DNA of 63,841 bases, the filler included, from Octopus bimaculoides (Eukaryota), in NCBI RefSeq assembly GCF_001194135.2. It is 5 parts of 5 records of this genome, joined end to end, with 100 filler letters (N's around TTAATTAATTAA, not from the genome) between each part and the next. Parts side by side here need not be neighbours in the genome. Positions count along the whole stretch, not along the records: positions 26,637 to 54,170 come from NC_068982.1; positions 54,271 to 59,276 come from NC_068994.1; positions 59,377 to 63,841 come from NC_068988.1; 2 more parts are not named here. One strand, written 5' to 3'. Position numbers and translations under genes: made by a program. How positions within the stretch are numbered: the first letter of the stretch is position 1; every line of letters starts with the position of its first letter. The notes under the pieces were generated by a model, which did not search any database, was not told the DNA's origin, and saw only the letters and a program-made list of their open reading frames with translations. This document shows positions 53,379 through 63,841 of the stretch, piece by piece.

Positions 53379-53879
53379 CATACATACATGCGTACATAGG
53401 TGTATGTATATTGTGTGTGTGTGTATGTGTGTGTGTGTATGTGTGTGTGTGTATGTGTGTGTGTGTGAACTAACCTATTAAATATTGAAATGTAAGTGCA
53501 AAATATCAATATGAAGAATCTGATTCTATACTTTCAAAATCGATAATGGTTTGGTTGTTCGTCTTATTGTTTAAAAAACTTGAGTGACAAATTGTGTAGG
53601 TGTTGAGTATTGAATAGAGTGCTTGTCCACCTTACTAACCTTCAAAAGTTTTGTTCTTTTATCAAATTCAATAACTGCTTTTTGAACTTGGTTAGTTGAC
53701 ACTGGCTCAAACCTTCACAGCAAATATGCTTTTTACTATAGGTTCGCTCGATATGAACCGACTGCTGCTCATATATCTGTTTTGTTTCATTTGAGAAACT
53801 GGAATGCTACATAATATTTTTCCAAGTTTGTTGAACCAGTATAAACTGGATAACGATTACATCGACTTTTTGCCGATCT

Positions 53880-54065
53880 CAGTCATTGGAATGTGTTCAT
53901 GCTAGGGTGCCGCATTGAAGGGTTTATTCGAACATATTGGCACTAGTACTTATTTTTTAAAGCCTGGTATTTATTCTGTCGAGCTCCTTTGCCGAACTGC
54001 TACGTTATGAGGATGTAAGCAAACGAATACCGGTTGTCCAGCGGTGGTAGCGGCCAAAACACAAA
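53880..54065 (-). mobile_element. SINE family 1, 3' half
   Basis: CATGCTAGGGTGCCGC...TTTGCCGAACTGCTACGTTA...CGGTTGTC. Confidence 0.7.
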
Positions 54066-54113
54066 GACACACACACTCATATACATATATATTTATATAT
54101 TTACACACGCGCG

Positions 54114-54170
<57 letters not shown>

Positions 54171-54270
54171 NNNNNNNNNNNNNNNNNNNNNNNNNNNNNN
54201 NNNNNNNNNNNNNNTTAATTAATTAANNNNNNNNNNNNNNNNNNNNNNNNNNNNNNNNNNNNNNNNNNNN
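54171..54270. other. Artificial scaffold-join linker
   Basis: 44 N + TTAATTAATTAA + 44 N. Confidence 0.95.
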
Positions 54271-54413
54271 TTGGCGTTAGGAAGGGCATCCAGCTGTAGA
54301 AACTCTGCCAAATCAGACTGGAGCCTGGTGTTGCCATCTGGTTTCACCAGTCCTCAGTCAAATCGTCCAACCCATGCTAGCATGGAAAGCGGACGTTAAA
54401 CGATGATGATGAT
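54271..54413 (+). mobile_element. Retroposon 3' end with (GAT)n tail
   Basis: TTGGCGTTAGGAAGGGCATCCAGCTGTAGAAAC...CCAACCCATGCTAGCATGGAAAGCGGACGTTAAACGATGATGATGAT. Confidence 0.65.
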
Positions 54414-55008
54414 ATATATAAATATATATATGATACTGCTGTTAATTTTATGAATTAAAACTATTCACCACAAATGGTATTAACAGTAGTAACATCTTAT
54501 TTTGAATATAAACATTCAAATGTTTTGGCTCAAATATTTTGCACCACGCATTACTGGTTTTTGGCACAGAATAAGCCAGAACGCTAATGGATTTATAATG
54601 TAGTGGATTTGGAATTTTTTGCCCAGTAACTCATATTGAAGAAGGTTGAAGCCCTTTGGTCCAAAACCCGAAACCATGGTATATGAGCATCTGAACAGCA
54701 TAATCTTTATAAGTATGCTTTTTACTTTATCGTCCGTTTCTTCATGTACTGTTATTTTCTATTATTTTGGTGCCTTCCGGTGGTTGAACTGAGACTTTAG
54801 CTCTCATTTCTAAATAGGTTGATGCTTTCTGCATCCTAACCTCTTTGTGCTAATTTTATATTTTATAGCTTATAATGCTATTAAACCAGTCAACCACCTA
54901 TGTTATTACTGTTAATATTATCAATGAAAAATATTCACCACATACGATATTAACAGTAGCAACATCTTATTTTGAATATAAACATTTGAATGTTTTTGCT
55001 TATATATT

Positions 55009-55051
<43 letters not shown>

Positions 55052-55194
55052 AGACACAGATGTGATGCAATAATGNNNNNNNNNNNNNNNNNNNNNNNNN
55101 NNNNNNNNNNNNNNNNNNNNNNNNNNNNNNNNNNNNNNNNNNNNNNNNNNNNNNNNNNNNNNNNNNNNNNNNNNNNNNNNNNNNNNNNNNNNNN

Positions 55195-55319
55195 CATGTT
55201 TTGTATTCTGTTTCATCATGATCCAAGACAGCTCGTTTAACCAATTGTCGTATGCTAGCAAACATTGCTTCTTCAACTTTACCAAGCCAATCTTCAACAT
55301 TTCCACGTGTCTTTAAGTC
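55195..55319 (-). CDS. DNAH6: Axonemal dynein heavy chain (DNAH6-like) exon, truncated by an N gap
   Basis: TCATCAG acceptor, then DLKTRGNVEDWLGKVEEAMFASIRQLVKRAVLDHDETEYKT, close to the DNAH6 segment LKARGNVEEWLGKVEEAMF as recalled (not searched). Confidence 0.8.
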
Positions 55320-56309
55320 CTGATGACACAAACAGTTTATAAACAACATTTTATTATTTTCTTACCAGAAACATCATAAGAACAGAAAATAAAAAGACAT
55401 CTTGTTGGAGAAAATGCTACCTAACAATGTCCTTCATGTGTGACTACAGGAACAGAAGTTGTTTTTTTTATTGACCAATTCCTGAATGTTTTAAATTTAG
55501 AAATACACGTGATAAGTGGTGGTGGTGATGATGATGATGATGATGCCAGTTCTTCATGTAAATCAATTCTTGAATGACAAGACTGATGCATTTGGAGCAT
55601 ATACATGGGCCTTGTGCCAAAATGTGAAACCAATATTATTATAATAATAATAATGATGATGATGATTACGATGATGATAAGATAGATATATTTAATTTGA
55701 ATGGATATAGAAACGTATGATGTAAATACATTTTCCAACAACAATAACCAAATTAATGAAAACCACAAATCTATATCAGGTTACAAACTTCATATGACTA
55801 AATTAACACTACACCACATACCTAACACATGTAGAAAAGTAATGATTTCCTGATATAAACATGTGGCTATGTCTTTATAAGAGGAAGTAACTAAAAGATT
55901 GCGAAGATTATATTTTCTCAAGAACATTATAAATTAAGTGAAATATTTCTAGAATATTCAAACCAGGTTGTAGACTAAGGAGGCCAAGGATATTATGAGT
56001 AAACAGCTCTTGCTTAATGAAATTTCATCATCTCAGTTATGAAAACATGACACCAGTGACAGGAAACTGGAATATTTAGACCAGTAAACAACAGCTGCAG
56101 ATAGTTGAAATATTATTTGGTTAGAAAAAAAAAGGCGGTGCTCCAACATGGCCACAGTAACAGAATAAGTAACAAGTAACAGAATAAAGTCTACTTCATA
56201 CGGTTCTAATAATATTAAAAATCATGAGACTTCTAGAAGAGATTGGAGGCAGTGCACTGGATAAAATTATATTTTGCTATTGTAGTGACCTCTCTGAAGT
56301 GACTTTGCA

Positions 56310-56773
56310 CAGAAACAAAGTTGTTGGCATTCCGTCGCTTACAACGTCGAGGGTTCCAGTTGATCCGATCAATGGAACAGCCTGCTCGTGAAATTAACGT
56401 GCAAGTGGCTGAGCACTCCACAGACACTTGTACCCTTAATGTAGTTCTCGGGGATATTCAGCGTGACACAGTGTGACAAGGCTGACCCTTTGAATTACAG
56501 GCACAACAGAAACAGGAAGNNNNNNNNNNAGCGTGACACAGTGTGACAAGGCTGACCCTTTGAATTACAGGCACAACAGAAACAGGAAGTAAGAGTGAGA
56601 GAAAGTTGTGGTGGAAAAGTACAGCAGGGTTTGCCACCATCCCCTGCTGGAGCCTTGTGGAGCTTTAGGTGTTTTCACTCAATAAACACTCACAACGCCC
56701 GGTCTGGGAATCAAAACCACGATCCTATGACTGCGAGTCCACTGCCCTAACCACTGGGCCATTGCGCCTCCAC
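56310..56773 (-). mobile_element. tRNA-derived SINE
   Basis: Minus strand head GTGGAGGCGCAATGGCCCAGTGGTTAGGGCAGTGGACTCGCAGTCATAGGATCGTGGTTTTGATTCCC. Confidence 0.8.
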
Positions 56774-57149
56774 TACTTTGTATAGAAACAAAGACATAAA
56801 GATTAAAGGTGGTTTTAGTGTACAATCATTTCCAAATGCTGCAAGCATTTAATAAATCTTTTAGAATGTTGGTTCAAGGTTCTCACAAGAATGGGAAATG
56901 GAAAGGTAAAAACATTGGCTTTTCCAGTAATAGTGACTATAAATCAGATATTTTTAACAAGATTTAATCTTCATAGTTACCACTGCTTTTTTTTTAAAGG
57001 AATTTGGTAGATGGAAACTATGCAGAAGCTCATCAGATATATGTGTATGTGTGCTCATATTTGTACCCCTTTATGTCACATAAATTAGTGGTTCAACAAA
57101 TAAAGATTAATAAAATAAGTATGAGACTGAAATTGGCCAATACTACAAA

Positions 57150-57729
57150 TTTTTCAAGATTGCAACCCAAACTGTAAAGAATGACCTCATGCATCACACA
57201 CCCCAAAACTTCACCTGCCTCCCAAACTGCAACTGATTCTTTTGACCCTAACTTTCCAGAATCCTCTTTATCACCACTTCTAAACAATGATGCTCCTATG
57301 AGCAGTACCTTCCATGGAGAAAGCTTCTACCTTCATGACCACTTTGCATTCAACTCAACCCAGCAGACATTTGATAAATCTCCTTGAAATCTCTCGTCTT
57401 CCATGCCACCAGATCCTCCACCTTGCATTCCGACATAGCAAGTGTGAAAATACCTGTGGTTCCTTCAAACCAACAAGACCACCAGTCCTGGCAATGTCCC
57501 TTCCATTACTATCAAACATTGCACACCAGAACTGACCCTTATACACACCAAATGCCTCTATCTCTCCTCTTCTCAACAGAAATATATTCTAATCTTTGGA
57601 AACTACAGTGTGTCCTGTTCCCTAAAAGACAACCCATTTCTTATTGTTCCAAATATCCTGTCACACTTATTTCTATTATCTAAAAGATAATAAAGACAGC
57701 TGTTGACAATGAGATCTTCCAACACCTTG

Positions 57730-57760
<31 letters not shown>

Positions 57761-58386
57761 NNNNNNNNNNNNNNNNNNNNNNNNNNNNNNNNNNNNNNNN
57801 NNNNNNNNNNNNNNNNNNNNNNNNNNNNNNNNNNNNNNNNNNNNNNNNNNNNNNNNNNNNNNNNNNNNNNNNNNNNNNNNNNNNNNNNNNNNNNNNNNNN
57901 NNNNNNNNNNNNNNNNNNNNNNNNNNNNNNNNNNNNNNNNNNNNNNNNNNNNNNNNNNNNNNNNNNNNNNNNNNNNNNNNNNNNNNNNNNNNNNNNNNNN
58001 NNNNNNNNNNNNNNNNNNNNNNNNNNNNNNNNNNNNNNNNNNNNNNNNNNNNNNNNNNNNNNNNNNNNNNNNNNNNNNNNNNNNNNNNNNNNNNNNNNNN
58101 NNNNNNNNNNNNNNNNNNNNNNNNNNNNNNNNNNNNNNNNNNNNNNNNNNNNNNNNNNNNNNNNNNNNNNNNNNNNNNNNNNNNNNNNNNNNNNNNNNNN
58201 NNNNNNNNNNNNNNNNNNNNNNNNNNNNNNNNNNNNNNNNNNNNNNNNNNNNNNNNNNNNNNNNNNNNNNNNNNNNNNNNNNNNNNNNNNNNNNNNNNNN
58301 NNNNNNNNNNNNNNNNNNNNNNNNNNNNNNNNNNNNNNNNNNNNNNNNNNNNNNNNNNNNNNNNNNNNNNNNNNNNNNNNNNNNNN

Positions 58387-58434
<48 letters not shown>

Positions 58435-59120
58435 CTTCAAAACCACCATTGGGGCTTCCACAAAGCCAAATCCACTGGAGACCTAATCTCTCATGTCCCT
58501 CAACAAGGGGCTCTTACCTTAGAAAAATTTGATGAAGACAATGCTGCAGCTCACAACATCACCAAGGCTTTCTACTGTATCTAGAATGTGAATATCCAGT
58601 TAAAACTGCCACCAAAAGCTCCAGACACATTCCCTCTCACATTGCACTATCACAATGTGTGTTGATGGGGCTTTCTACCATTGTCTTAACTTTGATGTGC
58701 CCCAAGATCTGGTTTTATCTGCCACCCTCTTTCTTCTACACATCAATGATCCACTTTCCATCACATCCAACAACACCACTTCCTATGCAGATGGTACTCC
58801 CCTTCATTATTCTCTTATCTTCCCCAACCATTCCTCATCTAAATGTAACATAGACATTAAATACCAAACTCAAACTGGCAACATAAATTGGTACTTTGAA
58901 AGCATCTTCCAATGAGGATATATCAATCTTCTTTGTTTCAACCTCAAGAAAACACAAATGCTACTCATATCAGAAAACCATGACCATACTACGACCCCCA
59001 ATTAAATATGAGCAGCTCTCAAGTGTAACCCTCACAATCACCCCAAATGTGAGGCCTCACTATCATCAAGGATCTTTCCTGATATAAACAACCTCACCCT
59101 GGCTAGGACCATGTCTCAAA
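57150..59120 (+). mobile_element. Highly degraded non-LTR retrotransposon (Jockey/L2/CR1 group) remnant spanning a gap
   Basis: WGFHKAKSTGDLIS, NITKAF, DVPQDLVLSATLFLLHIND and SYADGT are eroded RT motifs. Assignment of 57150-57720 to the element is weaker. Confidence 0.65.
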
Positions 59121-59139
59121 GAGAATGACCTTTTTCTTC

Positions 59140-59245
59140 AGTATCACAAAGCTGGGGTGACACCCAAAGTACCACACAGTGGGACTGAACCCAAAACCAT
59201 GTGATTAAGAAGCACATTTCTTAACCACACAGTCATGCTTGCATA
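59140..59245 (-). mobile_element. SINE family 1 head fragment
   Basis: CCACACAGTGGGACTGAACCCAAAACCATGTG...TTCTTAACCACACAGTCATGC. Confidence 0.7.
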
Positions 59246-59276
59246 AAGAGAGAGAAAGACCTCAAAAACAGAGAGA

Positions 59277-59376
59277 NNNNNNNNNNNNNNNNNNNNNNNN
59301 NNNNNNNNNNNNNNNNNNNNTTAATTAATTAANNNNNNNNNNNNNNNNNNNNNNNNNNNNNNNNNNNNNNNNNNNN
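59277..59376. other. Artificial scaffold-join linker
   Basis: 44 N + TTAATTAATTAA + 44 N. Confidence 0.95.
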
Positions 59377-59534
59377 AAATACATGTTTTACCTGTGAATT
59401 TGCGTGTGTAAATTGGGAACGCATACAACGAGTTTCTCTGCCCTAGGTGTACGGAAAACACTCGGCGAGAAATGTGAGAAAATTTGAAGAAAGAAGAAAA
59501 AACAACAACATAATAATAATAATAATAATAATGT

Positions 59535-60480
59535 TTAATGAAAAAGAACAAAGATTAAACAACTGGAAGAAAATAAAAAAAAATGAGCAATACCTCAGAG
59601 AAACCGAAGGGAAAGACATTTAGAGGTAGCTAAGAAGAAGTGATCTGAAAAGATGTAACGAAGCGTTGATATGCAGCACCCAAGAACAAATTCTGAGATT
59701 TAATTACACCGAGTTTTAAATAGATGAGGGCAGTGAATCGCCCCTTTGTAGAATTTGTAGCAGCCAAAACGAAACAACCTCACGTGGAGAATGTGCGGCA
59801 AACTGGCCTAACACACACAGACAGACACACACACGCAGAGTTACACCTATTTACGAATAGAGCAAAGTGTCACACTAAATCGCAAATTCTCACATGCGTA
59901 CAAACGCATATACAAGGATACATGAGACGCAATAACATGGCTTTGTTCACTGGTGTCTGTTACAGAGTCACAATCCAATGTGACTCTCTAATAGAAGCCA
60001 GAAGACCAAACATTGTTGAAGAGGAAAATAGGGAAAAACAGAACTAAAAATGTAGATAAATTGCCATACCTGAATACACACGCGTAGGTGATAAAGAGCG
60101 GGAAAAATAGAAAAATACAAGTTGCTAAAAGACGAAATTGCAAGAATGTGGGCAATGAAGAGAGCAACTGTCATCCCAATAGATGTAGGTGTAGTCGGAG
60201 CACTAACAATCAAGTTCGAGAAATATATCGGAGAGATTAGAATTGACATGATGGTAGAACATGCTCAAAACACTGATGTATTGGGGGCAACCAATGATTT
60301 TGACATTGGTACTTGGGTGCTAAGTATTTTCCGCGATAATTAACATCTTGGTACAAAGGCGTATAATTCGTGAAAAGAGACCCTGAGAGACCCCGTGAGA
60401 CCTTGACGACAAGTTGATGCCCGTTCTCACAGAATTAACCGGAGCCAGAAAGATCGAGAGCTCTGAGAAGTAAAATGTAA
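59535..60480 (+). mobile_element. R4/Dong-type RLE non-LTR retrotransposon, 3' fragment (zinc knuckle and restriction-like endonuclease)
   Basis: RSDLKRCNEALICSTQEQILR, SESPLCRIC, IQCDSLIEARRPNIV, EKYKLLKDEIARMWAMKRATVIPI..GAL. Degenerate; followed by a TAA-rich tail. Confidence 0.85.
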
Positions 60481-60566
60481 CAACAACAATGATGATAATA
60501 ATAATATTAATAATAATTGTAAAAAAAAATTAATAATAATGATAATAATAATAATTATTATTATCA

Positions 60567-60628
<62 letters not shown>

Positions 60629-61580
60629 GAATGAGAGAGCAGTGCATGCCATCAAAGTGGCACTGGGGTAAAATATACGAGACCCATTAGGTCCTTCATG
60701 ACTACCCGTCCGATAAGGGCACACCAGGCACATGCATCACAAACATATGTGCGCGACATGGTGATCTCATATCAGGATAAACAGCACATGACCTCGCGTG
60801 TGGGACCCAGTTAGAATTTTCTTCAGGTCGAGTAGCCCACCCCAGTTTTCCTTGCTTCTGAAGTAGGTATTTTTGCAGTCCTATGGTGGTTATTTTATAA
60901 TAGTTTTCCAACTGTATAAGGCCTCTACCACCTTCTGTAAGTTGTATATATAGCCTTTCTATATCAGATTTTGGGTGGTGCATCCTAAATCTTCTGATCT
61001 TTTTTCTTGTTTCCTGTCTATTTTAGTTAGTTCATTTAGTGTCCAGTTAAGGATATTGTAGCTGTAACTTATAACTAATCTAAATTTCATATCTATTTCT
61101 TTGGTAAATCCATGTACTGTCTGTAATAGTGTTTCCAGCTGTTTATCGTTTGTAGCGTATAGTTTTAGGTTATCCATATATAAAAGGTGGCTGATTGTTT
61201 TGCCGTAGCATTTGTATCCGCATCCAGTTCTATTTAGCAAGTCAGTTAAAGGTGTGAGTGCCAAGCAGAACAGGAGTGGAGAGAGCGTGTCTCCCTGGAA
61301 TATTCCTCTTCTAATGGGGATGGCTTTCGTTTTCACGAGCCCCTCTTTTGTTTGGAGCTGTAGCACTGTCTGCCATTTATTCATAGAGTGTCTTATATAT
61401 TTTATAATTATTGGTGCCACCTTGTTTATGGCTAGTATTTCGAGGATCCACGTGTGGGGAACACTAACAAAAGCCTTTTGGTAGTCCACCCAAGCCATAC
61501 TGAGGCCTTTCTTCTTTCTGCGGCTGTCTTCAGTTATGGCTTTATTGATCATTAATTGATCTTTACAGCCGTATGAGCCC

Positions 61581-61582
<2 letters not shown>
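60629..61582 (-). mobile_element. R4/Dong-type element, RT fragment joined to a putative 3' UTR, (AAT)n tail
   Basis: SMAWVDYQKAFVSVPHTWI, GIFQGDTLSPLLFCLAL, HLLYMDNLKLY, HPKSDIERLYI..GGRGL. Confidence 0.9.
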
Positions 61583-61679
<97 letters not shown>

Positions 61680-61690
61680 CGTTGTTATTG
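61583..61690. repeat. (TTA)n(TTG)n microsatellite
   Basis: Directly visible. Confidence 0.95.
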
Positions 61691-62427
61691 CTGCTGTTAT
61701 GTCATTATGGTTATTTTACTTCTATAAATGCTAGAACTCTTGGTAGAATGTTAACCTGTGTATAACAACTCTGCTATAGACTAACATACCATCCAAAAGC
61801 AGTTGTGTCTCACATCTCCTTAATAATATGGATATGAATAATGCGATAAGTTCTGGCTCAATGAGCCAAACTGAGTGCAGTGATAAATTGAATTAAAATG
61901 GAATAAAAGCAGATATTCATAATCTGAAGTAGAGAAGACATAAATGAGACATTATATGAACCATTATCAATTTCAATGTTTGCTTTGATTCATATGTAGC
62001 TGAATTGTAATTCGAATACATAGATATTGAAATCAGTGAAAGTAATATCCCAGTTTAATTAGCGTTTATGTATGATAACGGGCAGCTGCAAATATCTGCC
62101 CGCTGCTAGTTGTTAGAAAGTATGGAATTAGTTTTGTGTTAATTGAAAGTTTAATAATTGAGTGCTTTTAATTGATGTGATTAAGAATTGGAATCGTTAA
62201 GGGTTATGAATGACATATGCTGGCAATGGATGTCAAAATCTATATGACGAAATGATGGCAGCAGACGTTTGTGATCGACATTGCTGATTTTAGTGAAGGT
62301 GGTATAAATGCATAATTGTATGGAGATACGATAGTTGCGGTAGTTAGTAGTCGCCAGGTCAAGTTGGGATAACAATAAACTTATGTAACAATACATATAT
62401 GTGTGTGTATATATATATATATATATA

Positions 62428-62592
62428 GGTGCAGGAGTCGTTGTGTGGTAAGAATCTTGCTCCCCAACCACATGGTTCTGGGTTCAGTCCCACTGTGTGG
62501 TACATTTGGAAAGTGTCTCCTACTATAGCCACGGGCCGACCAAAGCCACGTGATTGAATTTGATAGATGGAAACTGAAAGAAGCCCATCGTT
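62428..62592 (+). mobile_element. SINE family 1, 5' half
   Basis: GCAGGAGTCGTTGTGTGGTAAG...GGTTCAGTCCCACTGTGTGG...GGAAACTGAAAGAAGCCC. Confidence 0.85.
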
Positions 62593-62970
62593 GTGCATCA
62601 GCATGGCTGCATCTTTGAGGTGAAACTGGTAAAACAATATATATATATATANNNNNNNNNNNNNNNNNNNNNNNNNNNNNNNNNNNNNNNNNNNNNNNNN
62701 NNNNNNNNNNNNNNNNNNNNNNNNNNNNNNNNNNNNNNNNNNNNNNNNNNNNNNNNNNNNNNNNNNNNNNNNNNNNNNNNNNNNNNNNNNNNNNNNNNNN
62801 NNNNNNNNNNNNNNNNNNNNNNNNNNNNNNNNNNNNNNNNNNNNNNNNNNNNNNNNNNNNNNNNNNNNNNNNNNNNNNNNNNNNNNNNNNNNNNNNNNNN
62901 NNNNNNNNNNNNNNNNNNNNNNNNNNNNNNNNNNNNNNNNNNNNNNNNNNNNNNNNNNNNNNNNNNNNNN

Positions 62971-63770
62971 ATTGGGCCAGATGGTAATACGATCCCACAG
63001 TCAGAGTCGGCGCGTGACCTGGGAGTTCACATGAGCAATAATGCAACATTCCATGTGCTTTTTACCAAAATGGCAACACTGTGCAGGCGAGTGGCTGGCT
63101 GGATTCTGGGGACATTCAGAGCCAGGAAAAGAGAGGCCCTGCTTCTCCTATGAAGAACTTTCTTTCTCAGCTGCTTGGATTACTGTTCCCAACTATGGTC
63201 CCCAGAGAGTGTGAAACAAACTGTGGAACTCGAAGCATTCCAGCGCCAATAAACAAATAAAATTGATTCGATGTAAAAGATGGGCTACTGGAAGAGGCTA
63301 AAGGAGCTGAGTCTCTATTCCCAGGGGAGAAGACGAGTGAGATATGCGGTGATATATATTTAGAAGATCTTGGCGGGCTTAGCTCCCAATTTTGGAATTG
63401 ACAACTATACCAATCCTCGACTGGACGACACTGCATCATACCAAAGATCCCATCTTCATCATCTAAAATAAGGACACAATATTGAAACAGTCCGGGTTTC
63501 AATGGCCCGCAATTGTTCAACATCCTGCCAGGCAACCTCAGAGATCTACATGGTGTTGATGTGGAAGTTTTCAAGGAACGTTTGGACAGCTTTCTAACTG
63601 AGATACTAGATGAACCCACATCGCGGCAGGAGACACAAAGAAGAGCAGCTCCGTCCAACATGCTACTTCACCAAAAACAATACTGGAAACAACATCGAGT
63701 AACTACAGGTGGTGCACCAGCATGAACTCAGTCCTGGGCTGAAACTAGTAACAGATAAAAGATAAAAAAT
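62971..63770 (+). mobile_element. CR1/L2-group LINE 3' end, related to the 45-48.5 kb element
   Basis: ARDLGVHMSNNATFH..WILGTFR..LDYCSQLW parallels VQDLGIYMSNNTSFH..WILRTFR..FDYCSQL. Ends in an AGATAAAAGATAAAAA tail. Confidence 0.9.
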
Positions 63771-63795
63771 ATGTATGTATGTGGGTATATACGTA

Positions 63796-63841
<46 letters not shown>

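Noticed and set aside
54455-55000. Direct duplication of about 90 bp (TATTCACCACA...AACATCTTATTTTGAATATAAACATT)
   Set aside because: Real but diverged, non-coding and without evident structure; an ordinary local duplication.
56461-56588. 59-bp tandem duplication inside a SINE
   Set aside because: Identical copies flank a 10-N gap, typical of an unmerged contig overlap.
3139-63153. Many long ORFs containing X runs or IY/CV/HT/SL/RE repeats
   Set aside because: They are translations of N gaps and dinucleotide microsatellites, not proteins.
1-63841. CRISPR array, rRNA, true tRNA genes or prokaryotic operons
   Set aside because: No repeat-spacer array or such genes are seen; the tRNA-like segments are SINE heads with body sequence attached.

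Overview
Eukaryotic, AT-rich, repeat-dense DNA. It is very probably from an Octopus (coleoid cephalopod) draft assembly, an inference from the style of the SINE, LINE and microsatellite families. The window is not one contiguous locus. Four identical 100-bp linkers (44 N + TTAATTAATTAA + 44 N) split it into five joined scaffolds: 1-12881, 12982-26536, 26637-54170, 54271-59276 and 59377-63841. Host genes seen: the last four coding exons of a P4-ATPase flippase (ATP8B family, + strand), one gap-truncated exon of an axonemal dynein heavy chain (DNAH6-like, - strand), and one clean unassigned - strand exon missing from the ORF track. The rest is transposons (two mariners, one Tc1, CR1/L2-group LINEs, two R4/Dong-type RLE retrotransposon fragments, MITEs, many tRNA-type SINEs), microsatellites and N gaps. 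Nearly all long ORFs in the track are N-gap or microsatellite artefacts. Best novel signal: a 556-bp non-coding foldback transposon (17-bp TIRs, 8-bp TSD) inserted in a mariner, whose core is a perfect 72-bp inverted repeat around a (CCCTAA)n-(TTAGGG)n telomeric palindrome. Also notable: an out-of-order degenerate ATP8B exon inside a local duplication, a 48-bp near-perfect hairpin, a 3' end shared by a SINE and a LINE, and TAA-flanked RLE elements. No prokaryotic-type system (CRISPR, operon) is supported.
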